Assembly (NCBI GenBank): GCA_010093705.1
Contig: MU006093.1
Location: 251,785 to 315,784, forward strand
Origin: Patellaria atrata CBS 101060
Lineage: Eukaryota
Direction: 5' to 3'
Length of the DNA stretch: 64,000 bases
Positions 51,003 to 64,000 of the stretch are shown piece after piece. Positions within the stretch are counted from its first letter, which is position 1. Each line of letters starts with the position of its first letter. Below the pieces are notes generated by a model. The model saw only the letters and a program-made list of their open reading frames with translations, was not told the origin of the DNA and made no database searches. The translations under genes and the position numbers were made by a program.

Positions 51003-52205
51003 ATGGCGCGGCTGAAACTTAATAAGAGTGGAAACAATAGCTCAATAGGGGAAAAAAACTCATTATCACCGCCCACGCCGGTTGATTCTTGGTACTATAT
51101 TAATCTAGGTACTGAAGCAGAAGGAAGTGGAAGACTCAGTCGCATTCCCTTTTCTCAAGAAAGAGTTACCATCATTGAACCTCCTCAGACACAATTCGTT
51201 GATTCAATTATCCCTTCGATAGAAACGATGGCTTGCAAACCCTCTACTAAGAATGCTACAGCCTCTAAGAAGAAGGCTAAAGTGCCAGCAAAAAGACGCG
51301 ATGAGAAGAAGGCTACAGCACAAAAGACACGAAGCCGTCCCCGCAAAGCAACCAAGCGTACGGTGAATAGATCGCCCACACCCCAGACAGTTGAAGACAA
51401 CGCCACAGAGGCGGCTGTAAAACCGTTCACACTCGAGAGAGCCGAAAACGATAGCAAAGATCTGGCCGTCTACTCCCAAACCGACGCAGACTTCTGGAAA
51501 GACCTGGAGCGCTCACCAAGCCCCACACCAGTATACATGAAGAGTTTCGTCCGCGCCTCCCTAAGGAGCCAAATGTGGGACCAAGCCAAAGAAGATGTAA
51601 TAGAGCACGAACAATGCATGCGAACAGACTCCCAGCACACCTACACCTACGCCTCCAACTCTCCCCGTACCCAAAAGCGCTCCCGTACATCATCAGACTC
51701 GACATCGGACGCTTGGATCCTCCCCCCCCTGTACCCACACAATGCAGGCCCCGTACCGTCCTTCCACCCAACCGCCACCAACGACCCTGTACCGGAGCAC
51801 TATCCGATACAGGAGTACCGCCTCGACGCCGTCTTCCCCGAAGAAACCGACCGCTCCCCACGGAACCTCCGGCTGCATACCTACTACCAGCAACCGGAGC
51901 GTTCGGCGCTGTACGAGCGGTACGGCTTCGATGATGACGTGATGTCGAAGTGGTATCCGACGCTCGAGCCGAACCGATCGAACCGGGTGGTAAGGACGGT
52001 ACCGGGCCGGCAGAAACGGGGACGGAGAGTTGTGCGGAGGGTGTCGTTTGGGAGCTCCACCATCGAGAGCTGCCTGCGCTTCACCAGGAAGGTGTTGAGT
52101 TTCGGTTTGCCGCCTCCGCCGAATTTCGGCGAGAGACCCGATCCGGTTCCGCTGGCGGGACAGAAGAGGAAGAGGTTTGAGTTTGAACTTGAACTTGAGG
52201 ATTAG
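51003..52205 (+). CDS. Hypothetical basic, low-complexity protein (400 aa; may start at the later MACKPS ATG)
   Basis: Long intronless ORF with Lys/Arg clusters and terminal QKRKRF; no domain recognised. Confidence 0.6.
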   Translation: MARLKLNKSGNNSSIGEKNSLSPPTPVDSWYYINLGTEAEGSGRLSRIPFSQERVTIIEPPQTQFVDSIIPSIETMACKPSTKNATASKKKAKVPAKRRDEKKATAQKTRSRPRKATKRTVNRSPTPQTVEDNATEAAVKPFTLERAENDSKDLAVYSQTDADFWKDLERSPSPTPVYMKSFVRASLRSQMWDQAKEDVIEHEQCMRTDSQHTYTYASNSPRTQKRSRTSSDSTSDAWILPPLYPHNAGPVPSFHPTATNDPVPEHYPIQEYRLDAVFPEETDRSPRNLRLHTYYQQPERSALYERYGFDDDVMSKWYPTLEPNRSNRVVRTVPGRQKRGRRVVRRVSFGSSTIESCLRFTRKVLSFGLPPPPNFGERPDPVPLAGQKRKRFEFELELED

Positions 52206-52500
52206 GAAAAGGGATTGGGTGGATAGGGGTACTGTGAGGAAGGGGCATCATTCTTTAGGAGTAGGGCGAGATATTCGGTTCTTTGTACAGGGATGGCATA
52301 TGGATTATCATGGCATATTCACAGCAAGCGTCTACAATACGCCATAAGGGCGATTTCATAGGCGGTTCTACAGCATATCGGGTTCTTTGTATATAGTACC
52401 GCACTGGACAAAACATTCATCACACCATCCACAATGCACGCAAAATGTGAATTCACAATGGCTTTCATTTTCTACCCTAATGATGGTACCACATCCCTAT

Positions 52501-54302
<1,802 letters not shown>

Positions 54303-54989
54303 TCAGGTGAGAAGTTGAAGGTAAGAAGAAGACGGTAACTTTAGACGACTCTTTAGAAAATAATTGAAGCGAAAATGAACGACTTTTATATGTATCATAG
54401 ATATCTTGCCCAGAGACGTCACAAATTGCTTTATATGGAAAATATCACCTACCCTCGAGGTCCAGCAGATCACGCTACACAAATGCAGGAGATACGATGC
54501 GCAAGTCGTTCCAATTGTGATCAATGATGGATTCCTCATACTTCCGATTGCTTAAGAGAGCTTCGAGAAACCGAGATCTCATCTATATCGACCCTGTCAG
54601 GGCAACCAGAAACGCATGATGTGCCGCAGGGCTCCGCTCCACCGGCCGGCAGATAAATTAAGAGGGGTATGAAGAATTTAGGCGGGATGCTATTTCTCCA
54701 CAAAATAGAAGAAGTTCTAGATTCTATGATCTTTTGATAATCTATATTAGCTGAGCGCGGTATGTGTCTGTATAAGGAGTTGTCGAGCTAAGAAAAGCTT
54801 GGAGTGGAACCTGGATATTCTCCTTCGGTTGTGCATCTAAAGATGCTGAGTAAGTTAAAACTTCCCACAACGGTAGAAGTGCTGCGGGGTTGCGTAGAGG
54901 CTGAGAATGCTTAGAATTCGTATTTAAACTCTATTCGGACGTCTGTTAAAAGCTCCTTGTGCGGAGTTTCGTCCTGATATGGTATCCAT

Positions 54990-56925
54990 TTATGCCGGCA
55001 TTGCCATTCCATCCCCCCTCGGATCGCTTCCTGCACTCCAGACGACCTGTCCGTCTTCTGTATGACACCTGATAACTTGTCCTCGTCCGAATAGTCCTCT
55101 CTGATATCCTTTGACTATCACAATATTATGACCTTTCTTTCTGAGCGATTCAGCGACATCTTCGCCGATGCCGTCCTCGATATAAACGGTCTGATCGAAC
55201 ACTTTACCTTGTTCAGTAGGCATTCCCGAGCCTATGCAAATCCTGGGTGCATCCAATGCTGCTTGAGGTGTGTATTTAAAGGCCAGCATATTCAGTAAAA
55301 CTTGTACATGACCTTGTGGTTGCATGTAGCCGCCCATTACTCCGTATACCGAATGCAAGCTTTGGTCCCTTGGATCTGTGATCATTGCTGGAATGATAGT
55401 GTGATAGGGTCTTTTGTTTGGCTCAATAACGTTAGGGTGGCCTTTTTGAAGTGAGAAACCGCTCCCTCGATTCTGTAATGTAAAGCCACAGCCTTTCGGA
55501 ATGATCGCCGTACCGAATCCAGAGAAGTTACTATTGATAAAGGAGATCCCGTTGCCTTCGCTATCAGTAGCTGCAAAATAGACAGTGTCACTGTGGTTAA
55601 GAGCTGGTGAGCCATGTTTTAGGACGTCGGCAACCTTTTCTGGGTTAAATATTCGAGCTCGTTCTGCAAGATAAGCCTCGGATATCATCTCTTTTGTGGG
55701 AACTTTTACAACGTTCGGATCGGCTACCCACCAATTTGCGTCGGCGAAAGCTAGTCGAAGGACTTCGATGAGTGCGTGAAGGTAGCTGTACATTTTCTAA
55801 GATATCAATCCGCCAAATGTAGAAAGAAGACTTACTCTGCGGTATTATGATCATCTTGTCCAAAGCAGGGAATCTTACCGCTCTTTTCCAATTCACTCAA
55901 CATTCCCAGCGCCATTAGGGCAACAATCCCTTGACCGTTCGGTGGATGTTCCCATACTTCCACCTCCTCGTGCTGATTCTGAGGTGCTCTAAACTTTATC
56001 GAGATTGCATCAACATCCTCACTTCCTAAATCACCATGATTTTTCAGATCATCAAGGGTTAGATGACCTCCTAGATCCGTTACTACCTTAACGATAGCTT
56101 CCGCAACTTCACCTTCATAAAACCCTTTCTTGCCTTTCTGGCCGAGTAATCTAAACGTGTTTGCGAGTGTTGGATTCTTCATGATCTCTCCGGGTCTAGG
56201 ATAACGGCATCCATGCGGTGCGTTGGGGTCTTTCTTCAACATCTCATGGCCATTTGGCGATGCGTTGAGAAGATCACTTTCAGACTCTTGCCACTACCTT
56301 TCATATTAGTTAAATACGGTCTTGTTCCCGAGAAAGTCACTCACAAATGTTGATGAAAGTTCAGAGACGGGAAATCCCTCTTCTGCAAGATCAATTGCAG
56401 GTTGTAATATCTGTTCGAACGAAAGCTTCCCACTTCCGAATCTTTCAACACAGTCTGCCCAACCTGCAGCAGCACCTGGTATTGTTACTGCGTGCACGCT
56501 CTTTTGTGGTATTTTACCGGTTTGGCCCTTTGACATGCCCAGGTCTTCTCTTACACTCTCTAGTGAGACTTTTGAGCCAGCACGTCCGGAGCCATTCATT
56601 GCATGTACCCTCTTGGTCTTTCCATTGTAGAATAGACAAAACATGTCACCACCAATGCCGGTAGAGCCAGGTTCGGTCAAATTTAGAGCTGCTGCAGTGG
56701 CAACAGCCGCATCCTGGATCATATTAGTCTAAGTAGTAGCAAAGCAGAGACGACACTTACAGCAGCATTTCCACCCTGACTAAGTATACTAATACCAGCC
56801 CGACATGCTAGAGGTTGTGTGGATGACACAATCCCCTTGGTACTATGCACAACGCTCCTACGACTAGGGAACGATATGAAATGGGGGTCCTCCGCAGCGT
56901 AGATGTTATGGGCACTCAATGGCAT
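54990..56925 (-). CDS. Gamma-glutamyltranspeptidase family (Ntn hydrolase); exons approx 56925-56761, 56713-56345, 56293-55836, 55785-54990
   Basis: [29 protein letters not shown] nucleophile Thr, [33 protein letters not shown]. Confidence 0.94.
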
Positions 56926-57628
56926 CTTTAAGGTAAGATTAAATAATTGAAGGTCTTTAGATTGTTTCTTCCCAACACAACTCCTCATGTATCAAGAGGG
57001 AAATCCTTGTATCTTAAGAATTTTCAACGGTGAAACAGCGGATCTAGGAATTCTAATGAAAATTTTAGGAATCGTACCGAGGTGGATATTTGTATTGTTC
57101 AGCATCTCGTCCAACTCGTAGTTTTCATTATCCAATTGCCCCTGCGGGGCATCGTGATGGACAACGAAACATCGCCACCGAAGTATCTCCGTATTCCTTT
57201 CGTCATGCTCACGCAGGTTCTTAGAGTGTCTTGTCATCTCGAGAACGTGGAAGAGTATCCTTTAGGGACGAATATCATATTGTAGAACTAGAACGTCCTG
57301 TTAGTTCCACTCATGGAATTTTTCTTCACCTCTGTGATCCCGTTAGAATGTAAAACTAGTTATCGGCAAAACTACGGCTCTTTCGCTCGTTATCTACAGA
57401 ATTACATATCATAAATGTCTCCATACCTTGAGTACCAACGCGTTTCAACGTCGATATTGCATCTCTGTCTCTTGTCTGATTGATTGATTGTTAGCCAGAC
57501 GAGCAGTCGTTGCCCGTATCTACAATGACACTCCCGTAGTACGATACCATTCTAGTTGGGGGATTGTTACAACCCTATGGATAGGACCCATAATTAGCAA
57601 TTCGAACGATGTCAGATCTATAGCCATT

Positions 57629-59650
57629 ATGGAGCGGCGGATATGAAGAGAAATCATTCCCTATGAGCCCCTTAAAAGTGGAGAACTTCGCCTTCTCACG
57701 GTCCACCCTCTAACAACGAGCAAAGATGAATTAATTCGATACTCGATCAAGCATGTTGCCTATAAAGATCTGCATCCAGACCAAGAATCTCAGAAGTATA
57801 TCCAACATACTTGGGGGGACTACATCGCGCTATCATATTGTTGGGGGTAGGATGCCGACAGTCCTCGTAGAATCATCATCAACGGCCACTTCAAGTAACG
57901 GAAAGCTTAGAAGGTGCCCTTCAAATTATCCGAATCTCAAATGAAACTACCATGGTTCCTTACCTTGTTAAGTATTGGGTCGATGCTATCTGCATCAATC
58001 AGGCTGACAACTGTGAGATCAAGCGTGAGATAATACGAATGAGAGACATAGAGCCAGTCGACGGCTGTATTCGTTCATCTCGGAACCGAGATGGATGATA
58101 GTAGTGTCAGCATTATACTACTGATATCCATCGCTCAAAACTTAGCGGAATGCATTAATTGCTACAATACTCTTCTCAATCTAAGATTTCGAGCTACAGA
58201 AGAAGACCGGAAAGGATATTGCGTGATCATCAAGCTTTTATGTCGTCCGTGTTGGCATAGAGTCTGGATCCTACAGGAACTTACCATGAGCAGCGAGAAC
58301 GTCATCGTTGGGTATGGAGAGCACCAAATACTTTTCAAGGAGATAGTTCAAGTCACGAGGTTCCTCGCCTCAACGGTGAAATTCTTATGATGATAACCGA
58401 GCCCCGGCCTGGAGACCGAATTCACAAGGCTTATGACCACCATGTTCGTAACCATGTTCAAGAATAATTTAATGGACCAGCGTCTACGACTAGAAACTTC
58501 TCAAAATCATACATATTTGGACCTTCGGCTACTTCTTCTCGCCCTCGCTCAGAACGCGCAGGCAACAAAAGCCCATACCAAAGTTTGGCATTCTTGGGCT
58601 CATGCTAGATGCCATAAAGATCAAGATGGAACCATTCATTGACTACGACCTTCCAGTCCATACATTATTCGCAGCTTTTTCAAGAGTTGTCATTGAATGC
58701 ACGGACAACTTAGATATAATGCTTGCTAAAAGCTTTGGACAGACTATGACTCCGAACGGGGTGACGGATTGGCAACTGCGCTTTGACAGAGCCGGCATGC
58801 TGCACGATTGGCACTTCTACTGCTACGACCAGTTTGATGGTGCGTATGATCAATTGTACAAAGTAATTGACGAATCACGCAAATGTAGATCTAATGGCGG
58901 TCGAAGATCTAAAGATCAATTTTCGGGGTACTTCCGGAAATTCTCTGTTGAAATGTTCAGGTTTCTCGATAGGAACCGGACGTTACTAACAATTCTGCCC
59001 ATATCCAACCAGTTCATCAAGTTAATCCTTACGATGACGAGGATGCTACGAGCCGCGCCCTTATTCATACGCTATTTGCAAATCTTTTTTGGAGTGACTT
59101 CCAAGATTCCGCTTTATTACAAATTCCATGGCTTGCCGGCGGTCTGACTGTGCTCTTCAACGACGATGGATCCCTATGCCTTAATAACAACTTGACAGAA
59201 CGCATAGGTGGGATGAGACAACTGGGGTGGGACGAAGCCATCTCCGGTAACTTCTTTGCCTTCGAATGGTTCCGCCGCCGCGTCAGTCGATTCTGTATAG
59301 GGGGGAAGACGTTTCGGCATTATTTTGAGCCGGAGGTTGTTCAATGCTCGTTCCCGAATCAGCGGATCAAGCTAGATATTGTAACACTTCTCGGCGCGCC
59401 TGCTTGTCGAAGGCTTATAACTCTGTCCAGTGGCCATTTTGGACTCGCTCCAAGTACAATACAGAGAGGAGATGGGATTTACGTGTTGTTGGGTTCTTCA
59501 TTTCCCGTTGTCTTACGCCCGGTAGTAGATACCGATCACTTCGAGGTCATCGGGGAGTGCTATGTGGAAGGTTTTATGAAGAGGGAAGCAGTAGAAGCTC
59601 TTGAACAGGGGAAGTTTCCATCTCCGGGACATCGTATTCTGCTAAGGTAA
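57629..59650 (+). pseudogene. HET-domain (heterokaryon incompatibility, HET-6-like) pseudogene
   Basis: YEPL..GELRLL, YIALSYCWG* (TAG 57848-57850), YWVDAICINQ (shifted frame), WHRVWILQE, C-terminal GD.IYVLLG...PVVLRP...IGECYVEGFM; several stops and frameshifts. Confidence 0.85.
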
Positions 59651-60470
59651 TAAAGTTGGATGATTTGCTTAACTTATCGATATGTGAACCTGCTCCTAAA
59701 TGATCTTCCATTTGATGATGTAGGATGAAAGTAAGCCTATGATTTGGGACCTGTAGTTCACGACTGGTCCTGGGGACCTTGGGACTGCACCGTCTTCTTG
59801 CGCTTGTTGGACAAAGGCATTATAGAGGGTTGATAGAAAATGATCAAGTTTTATGTTCAAGTTGCTCACTGAAGTTTTGTTAGGAGCACAGCAAACGATG
59901 GGGCAGTGACCACTAAGGGAGCACAGGTTTGAACTCTGTCACTCCCCCTTCCGATCGCCTCTTCCTCTTGCCGTGAGAAACATCTGATGCCTGATAACTG
60001 CAGCACTTCGCCGTGCACTACGATGCACAGGAGGTCAGAAGGCGTAGCTGAAAAGCCCTGATTTCATACAAGCAATGTTGATTGCGGATGGCTTCGCAGC
60101 TAAAAATTAATATATTTAAAAAGAAAAAAAGTCAAAACAGTTCCCCACCCGCTCCTATCCATTCGGACGAGCGGCGTGGTACTTTGCTTGAGGGCATTAT
60201 CCCCCCTTCTAAGGTTTGACCTCTGGACCGGTTGGTTTTGGCCCTGATTGGTGTGATGGGGTTTCCCGCCACTAGGCCACAGGTCTCTGGGATATGGAAG
60301 GAGGTCACAGTTTGTTTGTTTATGAGCTGGAAATGGAAGGAACGTTGTTTAGGGAGTGAGGAGGAGCTCGGATGGTGAGACCGATCCTCGGCCCGCGTCC
60401 AAGCTCCCGTCTCGGCAGCTCTCCTGCAGGGGACCCAAAAACTTCAACCAGCAACCATCAAGCTGTAGAC

Positions 60471-61851
60471 ATGTCTATATCACCATGGATTTGCCAAAGA
60501 TGTTTATCACGCACTTTTAGACTTCTAAGCAGACGCTGGATTCGTTTACAAAGTACAGGTATTCCATCCAATACCATCTCAATGCTTCAAAATAGCCCTA
60601 ACATTTCCACAGCATCCATAACAGATGATACCATCTCACCCGCTCTGCTCTCGCAAGCTCGCAAACTCAGCGATGAGCACGCAACTCTATCAAAGCAATT
60701 AAGCAATGGCTTCAATTCGCGCGTAGCAAAGAAAGTCGGTGAGCTCTCACGCGTCGCGTCCGCATTCAAAGAGCATCAAAAAGCCCTCGAGGTAGCTCCC
60801 TCCAATTTCCAACTCAAAGCCCACCGCTAACCCACAACCCTCACAGTCTCTCTCAGAGCTTCGGTCCCTCATACACGACCCCACCACCGACGCCGAACTC
60901 CGCGCCCTCGCCGCCGACGACCTCATATCTACCCGAGAAGCACTATCCTCAGCGTCCCAATCCCTAACCACGTCCCTAGTCCCACAACACCCCTTCGCAC
61001 ACCTCCCCTGCATGTTAGAAATCCGACCCGGCGCCGGCGGCTCCGAAGCCGCCCTCTTCGCTGCCGATCTCCTTCGCATGTACCAATCTTACACCTCGCG
61101 CCTGGGCCTGCGCACCACCCTCCTCAAATACGAAGATGCCGACGGCATCGGCGACCCCAACGGCTCCGACGCTCCACTACAGGAAGCAGTGCTCGAAATC
61201 GCGAGCGAGGGCGCCTACGGCACCTTCCGCTGCGAAGCCGGCGTGCACCGCGTCCAGCGCGTTCCGGCCACCGAGAGCAAAGGCCGCACGCACACGAGCG
61301 CCGCGTCTGTCCTCGTCTTGCCTTCGTTCCCCTCGTCTGGGGAGGATAGCGAACTTAACTTTGAGGATCCGGAGAGTGATTACTACATCGATGCCAAGGA
61401 GGTAAGGACGGATATCATGCGTGCGCGGGGAGCGGGGGGTCAGCACGTCAATACCACGGACTCGGCGGTGCGGCTTACGCATTTACCGACCGGGACCGTG
61501 GTCGCGATTCAGGACTCGAGATCTCAGGTCAAGAATCGGGAGAAGGCGTGGGCGCTGCTGCGGTCGAAGATCGCGCAGGCGAGACGGGAGGCGAGAGAGG
61601 AGGAGATGGTGAGGTTGAGACGGAGCGTCGTGGGGGTTGCGAAGATGGGGAGGGGGGATAAGGTCAGGACGTATAATTGGGGCCAGCAGAGGGTTACGGA
61701 TCATAGGAGTGGGTTCTCGGTGCATGATTTGGATGACGTGGTTGAGGGGGGCGAGAGCTTGGAACGGGTTATGGAGAGTGTACGGATTTGGTTGAGTGAG
61801 AGGGATGTGGAGGATTTGATTGCTAGTCAGGAGGCCGAGGAAGGGAAATAA
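60471..61851 (+). CDS. MRF1: Mitochondrial peptide chain release factor 1; exons approx 60471-60558, 60614-60791, 60847-61851
   Basis: Presequence MSISPWICQRCLSR, LEIRPGAGGSEAALF, GVHRVQRVPATE (PxT), RARGAGGQHVN (GGQ), RTYNW.Q.RVTDHR. Confidence 0.95.
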
Positions 61852-62222
61852 GGCGTTATACTTATTTCAACTCTCGAGACTGACGTTGGGTTGCGCCTCT
61901 CCCGGGTTGGGAATCGGATGTATCAAACTAAGCATGCCGCTGCTAAAAGACTTTGGCAATTATACTCTTATTGTATAGTATAGTGCTTACTATCCTCATA
62001 GCTTTGATGTTCTGTACACTTCGAACGGACTGCATTGTTTTACCACTTTCTACACTCATGAAGATCCGTACAGATATTGTACAGTTTACGGCAAACCAGT
62101 TATTGAGCCGACCACAAAATATGTCACACTCTCCCCAAACATACATCACTGATATTATATACAAATTTCGTCCTCTAAGACATGTACGATCCGCACCTGG
62201 ACGTCTTTCCAGCCCCAATAGC

Positions 62223-63664
62223 TCAGTACCCCGCTTGCAGCAGAACCGGATTAGCAGCACCCGTACTGTAAAGGCCGACACCATTCGAAGTGGCAACATC
62301 AGGATCAGGATAATACCACGCAGCGACAGCAATAATGAGATAAATGATAACCAGCAGCGCGCCCTCGAGATAATTACACTCCTGATCGCGCAGGAAATTC
62401 CCCACGACCAAAATCGACAAGACGAGCAAAGCGACCATGAAGATCTCGAAGTTGAGATCCATGGGCTTGCCAAGGCCCCATGCGACGATGACGACGAGGG
62501 GCGCGTTGAAGAGCGCGGTTTGGATCGACGGCCCGAGACAGTGGAAGAGGGCGAAGTTCATCTGGCCGTCCCAGGCTTCGTCGATGGCGGTGAGGTGCTC
62601 CGCTGCTTTTTCGACGAGGGGGAGGAGGATGAGGCCGAGGAATTGGTCCGGCGTGCCGGATTCGACTACGGCTTCGATCCGTTCGACGAGGAGGAAGGCG
62701 AGGACGGTTACGAGGACGAGGGCGAGGACGATGGCGATGAGGCATTCGGTGAAGGTTAGTTTAGGCTTGGTGAGATCGAAGTGGCGGTCTAGGTCGTTGT
62801 GCTCGTCTTCTTCGAGGACGGTGTCGAAGATGCTGTGTTGGGATTTTGCGTTGTATAAGATGAATCTGGAAAGGGGTTATGGTGAAGTCTTCTTTTGGAG
62901 GGGGTGGCTTACATGAAAAATGCAATGATGAGCAAGATGGATGTGAAACGGCCAAGCTCGAGGACGTCTTTTTGCAACTTGGGTAAAGTAAAATGATGGT
63001 GCTTTCCTGGGATATCAATTGGGACGGCAGAGCCTTTCAATGCGGAATAGAAAGCGCTGGGGATCAAGAGTCCAAAACCAGCTACGAGCAGGAGACCAGT
63101 TCCAACCTCGCTCACAGCCGCGTGGAAAGTTTGAACTCGTTGACGGAGACCACCAACGAAGAAGCAGAGACCCAAACAAAGCAGCAAATTGGCGAGGATC
63201 GATCCAAGAATGGCAGCCTGGATGATCGGTATCAGATTTCCTTCTTCTGCAGACTCTTCACCTTCTTTATGCTTGACTATAAGAATCACGAAAAGAACGA
63301 TTTCGACAATAGATCCGAATGCAGTCTCAATCAATATTCCAGATACCTTAGGCATCTTGCGTGCGAATTCTTGACCGGCGAATCCAAGAAGGTTCGCAGC
63401 GGGTACCATGCCGACATAGCTCATAGCAAAGACCCATAAGGGATGGTTTGGAATGACAAAGTGAAGGATGATTGCAATTGGTACAAATGGCCATAGGAAA
63501 TTGACGTATTTAGAGACTATGTTTGAACTCCTCCATGCAACTTGAAGGAAATGTTTTGCATCGAATCCGCTTCGACCGCTTTCACCATCGGGATGGATGT
63601 GTAGGTGAGGTAGGAGTGGATGAGAGTCAGAATCACCATTCTGACGATGATTGAGAGAAGTCAT
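62223..63664 (-). CDS. Ca2+/H+ antiporter (CAX/Vcx1-like); exons approx 63664-62913, 62865-62223
   Basis: FGSIVEI, AILGSILANLLLCLG, GLILLPLVEKAAEH, GPSIQTALF, CNYLEGALL alpha-repeat motifs. Confidence 0.92.
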
Positions 63665-64000
63665 GGTGATTTATATGTAGAACCGAGCAAACGGTTTATA
63701 CGTACAAGATAATGAATTGAAAACACGGGAGCTCGAACAATGAAGCTGGGGAACTCTATGGTAGCTTTAGAGGGGAGGAAAAGGAAAGAAATGCCTAGAG
63801 CGGGGTGGGAAGTCTAGCTTGGCTCCAGCCACTCAATTCTTCTAGTAGAGCGCTGGAAATCCTGCTTTCTATCATCATCTTTAACCAGCTTCTCGATATA
63901 ACGACATGGAGAATCGATGTGTATCTATGAGAGAGATTCAATTGATGTTGAAACGAAGACTAAGCAGCTGTTACAATCCATGCCCACGCGAAGATTCCTT

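Noticed and set aside
61953..62916. 268-aa and 159-aa + strand ORFs
   Set aside because: Antisense shadows of the CAX gene.

Overview
Gene-dense eukaryotic DNA from a filamentous ascomycete (Pezizomycotina; short GT-AG introns with CTAAC-type branch points; Dothideomycete-like by inference). It holds about 17 recognisable genes: aquaglyceroporin, ERV25, DUF3253, SDR, IDO-gamma, MRPL22, UTP15, PTH11-like GPCR, RAT1, USO1, cytosolic IleRS, SFI1, PIN3/LSB1, carboxylesterase, MFS, GH30, GGT, MRF1 and CAX. There are also two decayed genes (DUF6594-like, HET-domain) and several intronless orphans. No CRISPR, rRNA or intact transposon is visible. The strongest unexplained signals are: (1) at least ten GC-rich islands that flip abruptly from C-rich to G-rich whichever strand the gene is on; (2) a non-canonical tRNA-like Pol III unit with a structured 3' trailer at about 2037-2225; (3) a tandem orphan pair at 41.9-43.9 kb with shared promoter blocks, one copy interrupted by a single in-frame TAG; (4) a tandem pair of F-box-like orphans at 17.9-20.9 kb; (5) a structured, A/B-box-bearing intergenic element upstream of MRF1. 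Exon boundaries and family calls were made by eye, without database searches.
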